Positions 35,619 to 45,653 are shown, counted from the stretch's first letter. The stretch: 64,000 bases of DNA from an uncultured virus (IMG/VR IMGVR_UViG_3300025708_000562) (IMGVR_UViG_3300025708_000562); one strand, 5' to 3'. Notes: a model not told the origin generated them from the sequence alone. A program made the numbers and translations.

Positions 35619-36299
35619 TTACAGCCTATACAGCTTAGGTTGCCCTGAGTGCGCTAACCCGTAATACACCACGCGAGCAGCCTTGTCGCGGATGGGCTTC
35701 TCGAAAGCCCTGCTACCAACCAGCCATGTGGCATATAACGGAGCATACTGCGCTAGCGCATCATCCAGGGCATTCCCTTCTTGAGGCGTTTCCCCCAGAA
35801 GGGAGCGCAGATGATTGTTGCAGTCATTGCTTATAATTATGGGCCGATCGAGGTTGGCCGGGGGGTCTGGAACTCGCCCCCTCGACTGAAGGGCTATCAC
35901 CGGCCGCGATTGAATGGTGTAAATACATCCGTGCTGCAACAATACGATATTACTGCTCAGGGTATGCACTGAGCCACCTGATATCTCAGGACGCTCCGTC
36001 AAAGCCAGCCCGGCAATCCGCTCGGGAATTAACGCATCAATGAGTACCAGCAGCCACGGCTTGCGTGACATAAACTCTATGCAGGCCCTCTCAAGAGTTG
36101 TGGGGCGAGTTGTGCCTATCATATCCCTTGCACTAGGTATTAACAGCACTCCTCCGGGAGGCATGGTCCGCGACATCCTGATCAGGTTGCCGACGTTGTG
36201 GTGTATGCAAGTACCTGCTACTAGCATCACCGGCGCCCCTTGCTCAGCACATATCCCGCCAGACTTGATCCACCAACAGCTAGCGCTTTGCCGGCCCAT
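35619..36299 (-). CDS. Hypothetical protein
   Basis: 226-aa ORF; start uncertain. Confidence 0.45.
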   Translation of the reverse strand: MGRQSASCWWIKSGGICAEQGAPVMLVAGTCIHHNVGNLIRMSRTMPPGGVLLIPSARDMIGTTRPTTLERACIEFMSRKPWLLVLIDALIPERIAGLALTERPEISGGSVHTLSSNIVLLQHGCIYTIQSRPVIALQSRGRVPDPPANLDRPIIISNDCNNHLRSLLGETPQEGNALDDALAQYAPLYATWLVGSRAFEKPIRDKAARVVYYGLAHSGQPKLYRL

Positions 36300-36380
36300 G
36301 ATAGTGCTAAAGATCCCACTATCGGCAGGCTGACCAGAAATCCTATGGCTGCGCCCAACACCTTATTCCTCCTTTCCGTG

Positions 36381-36603
36381 TTATTCCGTGAAGTAATAGT
36401 CATCGTCGTGATCGTCATCTTCTGTTCCGCCGCCCGCCGGCGGATCGCCCATGGCGCGACCGGCACCCCTAAGAAACGCCTCTACATACCACCACCGCGC
36501 TTCGCGCCTCTCAACTCCTAACATCACAAGCATCTCTACTGCACCCAGATAAATCAATGCCACAATAATAAGGTTGATGATTATCAATACGGTAGTCATT
36601 CAT
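36381..36603 (-). CDS. Small membrane protein
   Basis: N-terminal TM segment; GGGAGGTG SD. Confidence 0.55.
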
Positions 36604-36717
36604 CACCTCCCTTCAAAAACATGCAGCCGTATCAGTTGTTTTATAACGCAATAATGACGTTCTTAGACACGAAAGGGCCCGGCCGAAGCCGAGCCCTCAC
36701 GCTAGATGTGAGCGGGA

Positions 36718-37275
36718 TTATATGCCGAAGAGTAGCTTCCAGTTGGGATCCGTGCCGCGTGGTGCATTGGGGCCGGAGAGCAAGTTCCAGACACCCTCTG
36801 CGCGGCTGTGGGCAAGATCCCTGGCTAGTGACTGGTTTTCGTTGGTTATGGCCCGGAGCAGGCCGCGCATCTTGTTAGCCTCTAGCCTCCTGCGGTGCCC
36901 CTTGGCGGAGATGATGGCATATAGCTCGGGATACTTAATGCTGACTATCATCTTCTGCACGCTAGGCCGCATAAAGACCGGGAGGGAGCGCACCACCTTC
37001 TCGAGAAAGCCGAGACGAGGGGCCGTCCAGAATCCAGCCTGCTTCTCCATGTGACGCAGGGCAAGTGATCCGCTAACGTACTCCGGGTTAAGCGCCAGGC
37101 AATACAACGCGGCTTGCTTGGCCGCGTCGCGGCCTTTCATTGTCTGATATATGCTCACGATGTACCCCCAGTTTTCCTTGTGTCCATTCTTGGCTGCAAG
37201 CGCCTTAGCTTGGCGCCACAATCTTTCATCGCTTTCGGTCTTAACCAGATTGGTGGGCATATTATCCTTCGTCAA
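36718..37275 (-). CDS. Putative virion protein with ChaB-like N-terminus and KQA motifs
   Basis: MP..VKT..DE.LW..AK...W..IV.IY; AKQAA and EKQAG. Confidence 0.5.
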   Translation of the reverse strand: MTKDNMPTNLVKTESDERLWRQAKALAAKNGHKENWGYIVSIYQTMKGRDAAKQAALYCLALNPEYVSGSLALRHMEKQAGFWTAPRLGFLEKVVRSLPVFMRPSVQKMIVSIKYPELYAIISAKGHRRRLEANKMRGLLRAITNENQSLARDLAHSRAEGVWNLLSGPNAPRGTDPNWKLLFGI

Positions 37276-37564
37276 TGTGCAGCGTGATAGGCAAAACCCA
37301 CCTATTTCCCGTAAGCGTTTCTGCTATTAGTTTAACGCTATATGGCGATAAGGCAAACGAACCGCCGCGTATGCGTATGCGTAGCGCGCCGCCAACAACT
37401 ATTAGTGAGTTTAGGTCGAGCACCTCTTGCGTGGCATTAACTCCGTTGCGGTCTTCGGCCATGGCAGCGCATTTGGAGTGATCAAGAATATCTCCGCGTA
37501 ATACATTGGCGAAGTTGCCCGTTATCATAAACTGCTCTTCGGGGAGTTTATGCACGTCTGCCAT
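37262..37564 (-). CDS. Hypothetical protein
   Basis: Translationally coupled 100-aa ORF. Confidence 0.55.
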   Translation of the reverse strand: MADVHKLPEEQFMITGNFANVLRGDILDHSKCAAMAEDRNGVNATQEVLDLNSLIVVGGALRIRIRGGSFALSPYSVKLIAETLTGNRWVLPITLHIDEG

Positions 37565-37905
37565 TATAGCACCTTAATAAGTATGTTGGCCGCAACCACT
37601 GCTGCGCCTATGATTCCGCTCCATACCAAAACCTTGTTGCGCACTGCGGGCCATTCATTGGCATAGAAAGTCTCGAAGTTCTTGCGAAACATACACTGCT
37701 CACAGGGGTTCTTCCCCTCTAGGGCAATGATGCGCGCTTGGTCTTGATCGTGAATAACCTGCTCGCGCTCTATCATTTCAACACGATCGCGCAAGCGCTC
37801 CGTAGCCTGCGCGATTTCGGTCAAGCGCGACTCCAGAGTGCCCAGCACGGTCTTGGTATATGCCATAAACTCGACGATTTCGCGCCAAGGTATATCGCTC
37901 GACAC
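37564..37905 (-). CDS. Coiled-coil protein with C-terminal TM (holin- or XhlA-like)
   Basis: Coiled coil, CxxC and one C-terminal hydrophobic helix. Confidence 0.45.
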   Translation of the reverse strand: MSSDIPWREIVEFMAYTKTVLGTLESRLTEIAQATERLRDRVEMIEREQVIHDQDQARIIALEGKNPCEQCMFRKNFETFYANEWPAVRNKVLVWSGIIGAAVVAANILIKVL

Positions 37906-37908
37906 GCC

Positions 37909-38832
37909 TTACCCCTCTGGTGATGTCACTCGCACTACCCATACCGAGCAATCCTCATAGCCGTTGACGCGATTCAGGTGGTGTACCTCACAGCGCGCGG
38001 GATGCAACACGGCGCCGCTGAATCCGACTAGGTTGTAGGATTGGCCATTCACGCAACGGATAAAGCGACTAATCGGCTCTCCCTGTATGGCCTCTCCGTC
38101 AAGGCCCAGCCAGTTAGAGAGCGTTCTATTGGCACGCACCACAATGCCCTTGTCGGTAATGGCTATGCCTTCGCTAGCGTGATCCGACATTAGCTGGAGC
38201 TGTACGCTGCTTTCCCTAAGGGCGTGCATGGTGCGTATACGCGCTATCGTAGAGGCCATATTGGATGATATGGACGACAATGCATTGCGGAGAGCCACGT
38301 CGCAGTCAAACTCATCCTCTGACAGCATAACCAGCACACCCTCGGTGCCGCGATGGCTAGTCATCGGCAGCACCGCTATCTGTCGCTCAGCGTCCCTCTC
38401 GGGATCTGATGTCTTGTCAATCATGGCCATAAATGTAACATACGGCCCGAAGTAAGCATCACCTATCGAGGCGAAATTGACCGCATACGACTCGCTATCA
38501 AAGCTAGGATACCGCCCGCTAAGATGACGCGGCATCTTGTATTCCAAGGCCAGACCAAAGCTTCCGCTGGGCTCTAAAAGGTAAATCGCCCCAGCGTCAT
38601 ATGGCGTATTGTGCGATATGCGCACCAGGCACTGAGACAGCGCTTCATTAATGTCAAGCGAGCGACACAGCATATAGGAGATATCCAGCTGTGTCTTGAT
38701 TAAGGCTTGCGCATGCGCGCGCTCTGCGCGAGTCTGCAGGAGATACGGGCGCAACCGCGCCAGGATACCATCCATGGCCTCCAGCTCGTGCGTAACGTCT
38801 CGTGATGCCTTGTCTTCCACCATCTCATCCAA
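37909..38832 (-). CDS. GAF plus PAS domain protein
   Basis: L....LDI.EAL..CL..I...D.GAIYL, ..LP....GVL (GAF); A.EGI.I.D.G.V..AN..L..WLG......G.P (PAS). Confidence 0.7.
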   Translation of the reverse strand: MDEMVEDKASRDVTHELEAMDGILARLRPYLLQTRAERAHAQALIKTQLDISYMLCRSLDINEALSQCLVRISHNTPYDAGAIYLLEPSGSFGLALEYKMPRHLSGRYPSFDSESYAVNFASIGDAYFGPYVTFMAMIDKTSDPERDAERQIAVLPMTSHRGTEGVLVMLSEDEFDCDVALRNALSSISSNMASTIARIRTMHALRESSVQLQLMSDHASEGIAITDKGIVVRANRTLSNWLGLDGEAIQGEPISRFIRCVNGQSYNLVGFSGAVLHPARCEVHHLNRVNGYEDCSVWVVRVTSPEG

Positions 38833-39193
38833 TACTTACATTGGGCATCCTAAAGCTGTTGAACGTCATCGGATCCTGCATCATCTGCATGGGCATATTA
38901 GGCTGCATCATCGTGGGGGCAGTGGGCAACGGCATGGCTTGTTGCATGGCCGCGCGCCCCTCTGCCATGGCTTGCTGATTACCAGTTACCATGTTAAGGA
39001 TTGATGGCAATACAGACATGGCAATCATCCCTATGGCTCCAGCCCTGCCTCCAGCCCCCATGCGCCCCCACAAGCCCCTAAGCCCGCCAGCGGCAGCCGG
39101 AGTTTGGGCGACAGGAAACCCACCGGATGGCATTGGATTGGTCCACGCTAATTTAGCGCGCAACGCGCCCAGGTAGCTAACGTCGTCACCCAT
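38825..39193 (-). CDS. Met/Gly-rich putative internal virion protein
   Basis: YLGALRAKLA leader. Confidence 0.55.
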   Translation of the reverse strand: MGDDVSYLGALRAKLAWTNPMPSGGFPVAQTPAAAGGLRGLWGRMGAGGRAGAIGMIAMSVLPSILNMVTGNQQAMAEGRAAMQQAMPLPTAPTMMQPNMPMQMMQDPMTFNSFRMPNVSIG

Positions 39194-39839
39194 ACATCAT
39201 CATCACGGGAGCGCGCCGAGGGGGATAATACCCCTCATCATCTCTGCGCCTGCCCATGCCATTGAGCAGCTGACCGATCAAGGCTCCGCCTATCAGCCAT
39301 CCCCATGGGATGCCCCCGGGGCCTGAGGGCTGTGTGGCGGCTTGAGTCGCCGCCTGCGCCGCGGGAGCCGACTTAGGCGTCTGCGCTGCTGCCTGGGGAA
39401 TCCGTGGCGGGATTTTCTGCGGCGCTGCTGGGGGGATCTGCGGTAGGACCTCCAATGGCGCTGCCGGAGGGGGTGCCCCGGCAGTAGCGCGCGCCCTCTG
39501 CACCGGGATGCTCTTGGGATCAATAGTCGACCACGGATCTATTGCCGGACGCGGCACTTTAGCTTTGGGCTGTGATGCATTACGCCTAGCCGCCGCCCTA
39601 GCTCTGGCGTTAGCCTTGGCTATTGCCGCTCTGCGCTGTTCGTCGCCTAGCAAGCGCTGGAATGTGGAGCGCCGATCTCTAAGCGGACCGCCGCCCTGGC
39701 TCATTAGCCACGCCCCCTCAGGGCCTTGCGGGAGTAGCGGGGTGGCGCCGTATGTGCCGGGTATGTGCATTGCGTTGTCAAACGTGCCCCACGGTCCGTA
39801 TATCGCCAGCTTCGTTCTGAGATTAGTTAAGCGTCCCAT
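39186..39839 (-). CDS. Pro/Ala-rich putative internal virion protein
   Basis: MGRLTNLRTKLA leader; C-terminal GGIPWGWLIGGAL. Confidence 0.55.
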   Translation of the reverse strand: MGRLTNLRTKLAIYGPWGTFDNAMHIPGTYGATPLLPQGPEGAWLMSQGGGPLRDRRSTFQRLLGDEQRRAAIAKANARARAAARRNASQPKAKVPRPAIDPWSTIDPKSIPVQRARATAGAPPPAAPLEVLPQIPPAAPQKIPPRIPQAAAQTPKSAPAAQAATQAATQPSGPGGIPWGWLIGGALIGQLLNGMGRRRDDEGYYPPRRAPVMMMYG

Positions 39840-39843
39840 GTTA

Positions 39844-40791
39844 TCACATATACATCATGGGCATAGTCATCATCGGCATCGGGCGAGTCTGCTGACGGTC
39901 GTCTCGCCTATTCAAGCCAAGGATGTCGCCCAAGCCCCCATTTAGAGCCGACATTGCCAAGGCGCCACCAAGCAACCACTTCCAGGGAGAACCACCGGAG
40001 GGCTTAGTAGCCGCCGTAGACATGGCCTGTTGCATCTCCTTAGCCTGCTCCGGTAGACCGGCGGTTTGCAGTGATGTTACATTCGCAACATTGGGGTCTA
40101 CCCCCTGCGCCACGGCTCGCCTCATGGCGTTCTCGGCATTGCTAAGCCTGAGCGTTTGAGCCAGTGGGCTGAATCCGAAGTTGGTGATGTCTGCCTGAAT
40201 ACCCTTCCGAATATGCGCCGGCAGGTATCCCTCGGCATTAACAAGTTGAGCATCAGTCAGCCCGGATAGCACGCTGGCAGGGAGGCGCTTCCCCGTGAAT
40301 GTAGCTTGGCGGGTGGGGATATTGGTGCCCACCAGTCTCCTGGCAAGCCACCCTTCCACCGTTGGCTCATAAGACAAGTTGATTAGCCGCTGCGGGTATC
40401 CCCTGGTGGCAGCAGCGCGACCGCCAGCCATCATGCCGCCCCCCAAAAGCAAGGGGAGAGCTAGCCCAGCCGCTAGCAATCCGGGGGTTATCGCCTCTTT
40501 CTTCATAGACGCCGCTTTGGTGTTTACGCCGAACGAATCCGCTAGGATTTCATTCGCCGATGGCAGGGCGATCTCCAGGCCGGAGACAACTCTCGGCATA
40601 GAGGCGGTTGGAGGCTTGACGGTGGGGATTTTAGGCGCCTGGACGGCTTTTACCGCAGGAGCCTTTATCTTAGCCGCCGTCGGCAATACTGGCGCGGGAG
40701 TCTTCACTTTGGGAGGCTGGCTCACCTTGACGGACTGCGCCGTGGTCCCCGTGGCAGATGCGGCTTCTTTTAGTAGTTCAGCTAGTCGCAT
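39844..40791 (-). CDS. Putative internal virion protein
   Basis: MRLAELLKEAAS leader; C-terminal GGSPWKWLLGGAL. Confidence 0.55.
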   Translation of the reverse strand: MRLAELLKEAASATGTTAQSVKVSQPPKVKTPAPVLPTAAKIKAPAVKAVQAPKIPTVKPPTASMPRVVSGLEIALPSANEILADSFGVNTKAASMKKEAITPGLLAAGLALPLLLGGGMMAGGRAAATRGYPQRLINLSYEPTVEGWLARRLVGTNIPTRQATFTGKRLPASVLSGLTDAQLVNAEGYLPAHIRKGIQADITNFGFSPLAQTLRLSNAENAMRRAVAQGVDPNVANVTSLQTAGLPEQAKEMQQAMSTAATKPSGGSPWKWLLGGALAMSALNGGLGDILGLNRRDDRQQTRPMPMMTMPMMYM

Positions 40792-40793
40792 GA

Positions 40794-41078
40794 CTACCTC
40801 TGATTTCTGCGGAACATGTTGCCTATAATGGGCACTCCCCCCAGAAGGTCGGGGAGAAGATTCAGGCCCACTAGTCCGCTTCCTATTGCCCAGCCGGGGT
40901 TAGTCTTAGCCCACTGAGACACAGTAGGCCCAAAGTTCATCAACCCACCGCTTGTCGCGCCGTAACGCCCCCCGCCGAGGATTTGCATCAACTCCGCCAT
41001 GGCGTTGATCTTGCCGGGCTCTAGCTTAAACGGCGCAGCTGCTAGTTTCGCGCGTAGCGTCCCGAGATATGTATCCAT
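40794..41078 (-). CDS. Putative internal virion protein
   Basis: YLGTLRAKLAA leader. Confidence 0.55.
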   Translation of the reverse strand: MDTYLGTLRAKLAAAPFKLEPGKINAMAELMQILGGGRYGATSGGLMNFGPTVSQWAKTNPGWAIGSGLVGLNLLPDLLGGVPIIGNMFRRNQR

Positions 41079-41383
41079 CAGCTACCGTACCTTATGATTG
41101 TAGGCGCACCGCCTTCTTTAGATTCACGCTTGTGCTTGGAGTTAAGCAGCGCCATTACCGCAGCCCCTATGCCGCCTGCGGTGAGAAGCTTAAACATGTT
41201 GTTGCTCTTGGTAAGCTTGTCAATGTCTAGCTTGGCCTGGTTGAGCTCGAGAGCGTTGCGCTGGGCTCTGGCCAAAAAGCCTGGCGCCATCTTGCCCAGC
41301 CCCATTCGGTAGCGCAATGCCTGCAAATAGCTGCCAATGCCAGCCGTCTTGTCTTGCTCTACATCATCCCATATTGGCCCCAT
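41078..41383 (-). CDS. Putative internal virion protein
   Basis: DKTAG motif; hydrophobic segment. Confidence 0.5.
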   Translation of the reverse strand: MGPIWDDVEQDKTAGIGSYLQALRYRMGLGKMAPGFLARAQRNALELNQAKLDIDKLTKSNNMFKLLTAGGIGAAVMALLNSKHKRESKEGGAPTIIRYGS

Positions 41384-41772
41384 GGCATCTCCTCTTCCGG
41401 CGCTGGAGTGATAACCTCCGGCTCGGGCTCCGGCTGGATGACGTCCGGCACCGCCTCCGGTTCGTCAGCAAATAGCGCACGCTCTAGCGCATTGGCTAAC
41501 CGTGACGGGCCTTGAGGGGAGTTTTTAGCTAGCGTCCACGCCAGACTGCCCCCACCCAGAGCCCCACCGGCGGCGATGGCCGCTAGGAGCGCCCGCTTGC
41601 CTCGCGGCGTAGCTAGCTCCTTTGCAATTAACGTCATAACGTCAGTTCCCCTGCGAAGAGCGTGGCGCTCCAGATTCAGGCGTAGACGGTCCAGCATGCC
41701 GATATTACCCGCAAGCGGGATGCTCGGCTCTCCCAGCAACCTAGCTATGAGCTTAGATGGCGGCGTTGCCAT
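41359..41772 (-). CDS. Hypothetical protein with a hydrophobic segment
   Basis: Coupled ORF in the same operon. Confidence 0.5.
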   Translation of the reverse strand: MATPPSKLIARLLGEPSIPLAGNIGMLDRLRLNLERHALRRGTDVMTLIAKELATPRGKRALLAAIAAGGALGGGSLAWTLAKNSPQGPSRLANALERALFADEPEAVPDVIQPEPEPEVITPAPEEEMPWGQYGMM

Positions 41773-41774
41773 TA

Positions 41775-42107
41775 CTACGACTCCACGCTAATAGCCAGCC
41801 CCGTGCGCGGGCTGACAAAGCCTAGGTATCCCCATTTGGCGCCATTACCGCTGCAGACCTTAATGGATCGCACCTTGAAGTTAGTTATCGTTACCGCCTG
41901 GTTGGGCTCGAAATGCTTCTTCCGCAGCGAGTCCGTTCCCGGGCCGTAGGTATCTTCGTTGTTGAACGAAACGTCATAACCAGCAGCATCGCCCCCGAAC
42001 GTCAAGATGAGGCTGCTGCACGCCATAGGCAGCCTAACTTCATCCTCGCCGGTGGACCCCACGCTCCGGTCTTCAGCGCAATACGGTTCGACTGTATGGC
42101 GAGCCAC
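41775..42107 (-). CDS. Small beta-rich hypothetical protein, possibly virion
   Basis: AGGAGG SD; first gene of the 42107-36718 unit. Confidence 0.55.
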   Translation of the reverse strand: MARHTVEPYCAEDRSVGSTGEDEVRLPMACSSLILTFGGDAAGYDVSFNNEDTYGPGTDSLRKKHFEPNQAVTITNFKVRSIKVCSGNGAKWGYLGFVSPRTGLAISVES

Positions 42108-42232
42108 ATCAATCCTCCTAGTCTATGCTTCACCGATAGTATAGTACTATCGTCAAAAAAGCGAATAAAGGCTGGGGCCGCCCCCGACTAGCAAGGACGG
42201 CCCCGTTACTCCACCAACACGTGGTTGGCGAG

Positions 42233-42628
42233 CTAGTCTTTAGAACGCTGCGTAAGCGCTATTCTCCTGTGCTTTAGCTGGCTAAGCGTGTGACTCTTCT
42301 TGAAGTTCTGATTGAGATACTGCAAGAGCGTTTTAATTGGGACGCGGCCCCAATACTTCATGATGACTTCGTCTTCTCCCGGCTCGAATATCTTAGCCTC
42401 ACGCGATGCCGCAATAGCTTCAAGGTCGTCAATGCTTATTTCGACAGTGTGTGTCCCACCAGTACTTCCGCATAACGCCCCCGCGGGGACTCCATGGCTG
42501 CGCGTCTCCGCGCGCCGCTTGTGCGACCTAAACACGCCTACGCCCCCTTGAATAATGATCGGTTTCCGGAACTGTAACCTTAATATCAAGTAGCTCTGGA
42601 TGCCAAGCCACGCCGCCATTCCGGTCAA
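42233..42628 (-). CDS. Hypothetical protein with possible Myb/HTH-like C-terminus
   Basis: F...EDEVI.KYW......L...L......T..QLK.R; true start probably near 42535. Confidence 0.45.
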   Translation of the reverse strand: MTGMAAWLGIQSYLILRLQFRKPIIIQGGVGVFRSHKRRAETRSHGVPAGALCGSTGGTHTVEISIDDLEAIAASREAKIFEPGEDEVIMKYWGRVPIKTLLQYLNQNFKKSHTLSQLKHRRIALTQRSKD

Positions 42629-43352
42629 AGTCCAATATCACAATGCCAACGTCATAAGCCTTAGGGGCTATCCTAGAGCCATACAGCGTGAAGGGCAGCT
42701 GTAGACTAGGCAACGTCATTGCCAACCACTTAGAGGTGCCCGCGAATGTATAAGTATGCACATGAGAGCGGATCAACACCTTAGCCTCGGGGTATTTAAC
42801 GGTTTCACGCGCTAGCAGCATCTTGATGGCGTCGCCACCGAGTATGCCGACTTGCGTGCCGGAATTTGCCCCCACTCCAATATAATGCCGAACGTGTATT
42901 GGGGTTCCCTCAATGTAAAAGTAGTCTTCGTTATTGTAGGTAGCCCCTAAACGGTCAGCTAGGGTGCGCTCCCACGTGCCATATCCATCAACATGATAGC
43001 CGGAGCCACTCAAGATGCGGTATCCATCAGCTGGTTGCCATACCTCTAGTGCGTCGAATGCCATATCGCTCTGGATGGCCATGTCTGTAGTCAGCTGCTC
43101 CATGCCGGCGCTCTTGCGTCCCGGACCGTCTAGCGCATCTCCGTTGCATATGACCATATCCGGCTTAGCGTAACGCTTAACTAGGTCGTAATAGAATTCA
43201 CGCAGAGTGTTCTGCCACCGGCCTTGTGGGGTGTAATCGGGTGAAGCCACCGGTGAATCCTTAGGCACAAGCCCCATGGGGTGCCCAGTATGCAAATCGC
43301 TCAAACATACAACGCGGTACGCTGGAGTATCACCGTTTAGTACGATCATCAT
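42528..43352 (-). CDS. Calcineurin-like metallophosphoesterase
   Basis: SDLH, NGD..DG, G..YH, RH, RSHVH. Confidence 0.8.
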   Translation of the reverse strand: MMIVLNGDTPAYRVVCLSDLHTGHPMGLVPKDSPVASPDYTPQGRWQNTLREFYYDLVKRYAKPDMVICNGDALDGPGRKSAGMEQLTTDMAIQSDMAFDALEVWQPADGYRILSGSGYHVDGYGTWERTLADRLGATYNNEDYFYIEGTPIHVRHYIGVGANSGTQVGILGGDAIKMLLARETVKYPEAKVLIRSHVHTYTFAGTSKWLAMTLPSLQLPFTLYGSRIAPKAYDVGIVILDFDRNGGVAWHPELLDIKVTVPETDHYSRGRRRV

Positions 43353-43464
43353 CTCTCCTCACCATTCGGGGCCACATCGTACCTCGCTGATAGTATAAAC
43401 TAAAAAAACAAAGCGGTCAAGGGGGGCGCAAAGCGCTATTCGCTTCACACCCCCCGACCTCACG

Positions 43465-44343
43465 CTACGACTCGCGCGCCTTAAGCGCGTTTAGCACGGC
43501 CACGTAATCATCGAGACGCCACATGGATGGCGCTGCCTCGGGCAGCTCTACTCCACTGGCGATCATGTCAGCGCGATACTCCTCCCACGACTTACCCGAA
43601 TCTATGATGCGCTGACGCATCTGGGTGCGGTACTCGGCTAGCTGTTCGGGGTCCGACGCGGAGTTTAGCCATGCCAACAGGCGCTCGCCTAGCTCTTCGC
43701 CCGGCTTATTCAACACGGTGCTCGAGTCGAAGAGACCCGTGTGATCTGTTACCGGATACGCGTTATGCTCATGGTCCATCAGGAATGACACCATGAACTC
43801 GTACTCAATGTCATCCTTCTGCACGGGGTCGAGCCCAACCCTCTCGGGCTTGCTGCGACCAGCCTCTTCGTTAACCACCCACTTAGTCTTCGTCCGCATG
43901 GTAACGATGATATGAGCCGGGCTGCGCAACAGTGCCTCGATTAGCGCCCTGTGACGCGGAGTCACCTTAGCCCATGCCATGAAGCTATTCATCTTAGGAG
44001 AGTTGGCCAGTTGAGCCTGTATCTCTAAGACGCCGCCAATACCCGACCACTCGTGAGTCAAGCTGTCTACTATGATCGTTCCTGCACCAGACTCTTCAGC
44101 AACCTTCAGTGCTTCGATATAGCGCTCGGGAGAATACGGCTCGCCAAGGTCAATTATTCCGAATGGCATAATATCTGCGCAAAGATCGGCGCGATGCTGC
44201 TCTGTATCAATCACTACGGTCTTCTCGCCCAAACCCTTAGCAATCTTCACCGACGTATAAGTCTTGCCCGATCCGGACGGTCCCATCAAGGCCACGCGTA
44301 GCTTGGCCTTCTTGCGCTCTGCAGCGCGGACAACGAAACTCAT
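43465..44343 (-). CDS. AAA ATPase, Sak4-like recombinase
   Basis: GPSGSGKT, IDTE, VDSLTHEW, EYEF. Confidence 0.85.
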   Translation of the reverse strand: MSFVVRAAERKKAKLRVALMGPSGSGKTYTSVKIAKGLGEKTVVIDTEQHRADLCADIMPFGIIDLGEPYSPERYIEALKVAEESGAGTIIVDSLTHEWSGIGGVLEIQAQLANSPKMNSFMAWAKVTPRHRALIEALLRSPAHIIVTMRTKTKWVVNEEAGRSKPERVGLDPVQKDDIEYEFMVSFLMDHEHNAYPVTDHTGLFDSSTVLNKPGEELGERLLAWLNSASDPEQLAEYRTQMRQRIIDSGKSWEEYRADMIASGVELPEAAPSMWRLDDYVAVLNALKARES

Positions 44344-45269
44344 TCACTATCTCCTTCCTCGGTGTTGTCGGCCGATTCCAGCACCTGCTGCTCGGCCCAT
44401 TGGGAGCAAAGATGACGCGCCGCGCAATAACCACAACGCACGGAGCGACCCAGCCTATGATCTATAACATAATCCTCGGGCTTTTCGCGAGCGGCGATAT
44501 ACGCCACTGCATCCGCCTCATTATTAAATACCCTAGAAGCACGAGTCGCGCGCTTCTTTTTAGCTGCCCAGCGCTCGGGGGTGTACCACCGCTCTTCATC
44601 AGAACACGGCGGGACTTCGTCCTCGGGCGCGCCGGCAACTGCTAATTCATCGGCTAGGATTAAACGTTCGGACATCTCTCGGCTCCATGATTCTACCGTT
44701 TTAAAATCCCATAGATCGACAGGATACCGCACCACGTCAGATTGTGGATAGTCGAATGTAAACGCCGCCTTATAAGCCTCTCTATTACGCAGGATCAACA
44801 CAAGCTCAGCCTCTTTGACGGGAAATCCCACAAGGCTATACAGCCACGCATAGCATCTTAACTGCATCAGCCAATTAGTTTTGTCATAAGACAGCGCTGC
44901 TACCTTGCAGAACTTCCAGTCAGTCAGCCTGTAGCTATCGGGGCCAATCTGAGTTAGCAGGTCAGCCTGCCCGGATATCGCCACGGAGCGCTCTCCTATC
45001 GTATGATGATAGGTCAGGCGCTCTTCTGATATCTCGTTGTCACCGCAATGCTCTGCGATGAAGTTGTGTAGCATGGTGCCCATGATGGCCCATAGCCGCT
45101 CGGAAGCATCGCTCCTCAGTTCATCCCAGCGTGCTAGCTCAAACCAGCGCATACGGACTGAGCCGGTTAGTTGACTCACCCTATGCCGCCATAGAGATGG
45201 CGGATATGCGCCGGTGCTAGCTGCCTTAACAAACGCATCGGGCAGGCCTAGTGTGTTGGTTATTATCAT
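44340..45269 (-). CDS. Cas4-like / PD-(D/E)XK exonuclease
   Basis: GT..H, SGQAD, DWK, QL..Y, C...ERW, RC.YC....C.Q. Confidence 0.8.
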   Translation of the reverse strand: MIITNTLGLPDAFVKAASTGAYPPSLWRHRVSQLTGSVRMRWFELARWDELRSDASERLWAIMGTMLHNFIAEHCGDNEISEERLTYHHTIGERSVAISGQADLLTQIGPDSYRLTDWKFCKVAALSYDKTNWLMQLRCYAWLYSLVGFPVKEAELVLILRNREAYKAAFTFDYPQSDVVRYPVDLWDFKTVESWSREMSERLILADELAVAGAPEDEVPPCSDEERWYTPERWAAKKKRATRASRVFNNEADAVAYIAAREKPEDYVIDHRLGRSVRCGYCAARHLCSQWAEQQVLESADNTEEGDSE

Positions 45270-45278
45270 GCCGGCTCC

Positions 45279-45653
45279 TTACGGCCAGAAGAAAATTAAT
45301 TCTCGCCTGGGAGCATACCATATTGTCACCGTGGCGTCAATGACCCCTATGTCCAGGTCTTCAAGTCTGGAAAACGCCACTTCACTCAAGTCTATCTCCC
45401 GGCGATAGTGTCGAGGGATACGATCATTCACGCGCACAAATATACTCTTGCCATTATGCTGCACCATGATAATAGAGCCAAATGGGGCATTCACGTGAGC
45501 ACACGTCATCTCCTTGCGATTGTATATCTCCTGATTGGCCGTCTCGCGTCCATGACATTCTATGCCATACCATGAGCACTTAGCCGTGTGAGTGTCCACG
45601 CGCGCTGTAAGAAAAAACTCGAGTACGCACAGCAACCAAACAACCATCAACAC
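45279..45653 (-). CDS. RlpA-like double-psi beta-barrel lytic transglycosylase
   Basis: SWYG...G..TAN.E.Y....TCAH...PFG, VRVNDR, R.IDLS..AF. Confidence 0.85.
   Translation of the reverse strand: MLMVVWLLCVLEFFLTARVDTHTAKCSWYGIECHGRETANQEIYNRKEMTCAHVNAPFGSIIMVQHNGKSIFVRVNDRIPRHYRREIDLSEVAFSRLEDLDIGVIDATVTIWYAPRRELIFFWP

Noticed and set aside
44340..45269. CRISPR-Cas system suggested by the Cas4-like gene
   Set aside because: No repeat-spacer array or other cas genes; pairing with a Sak4-like ATPase indicates a recombination module
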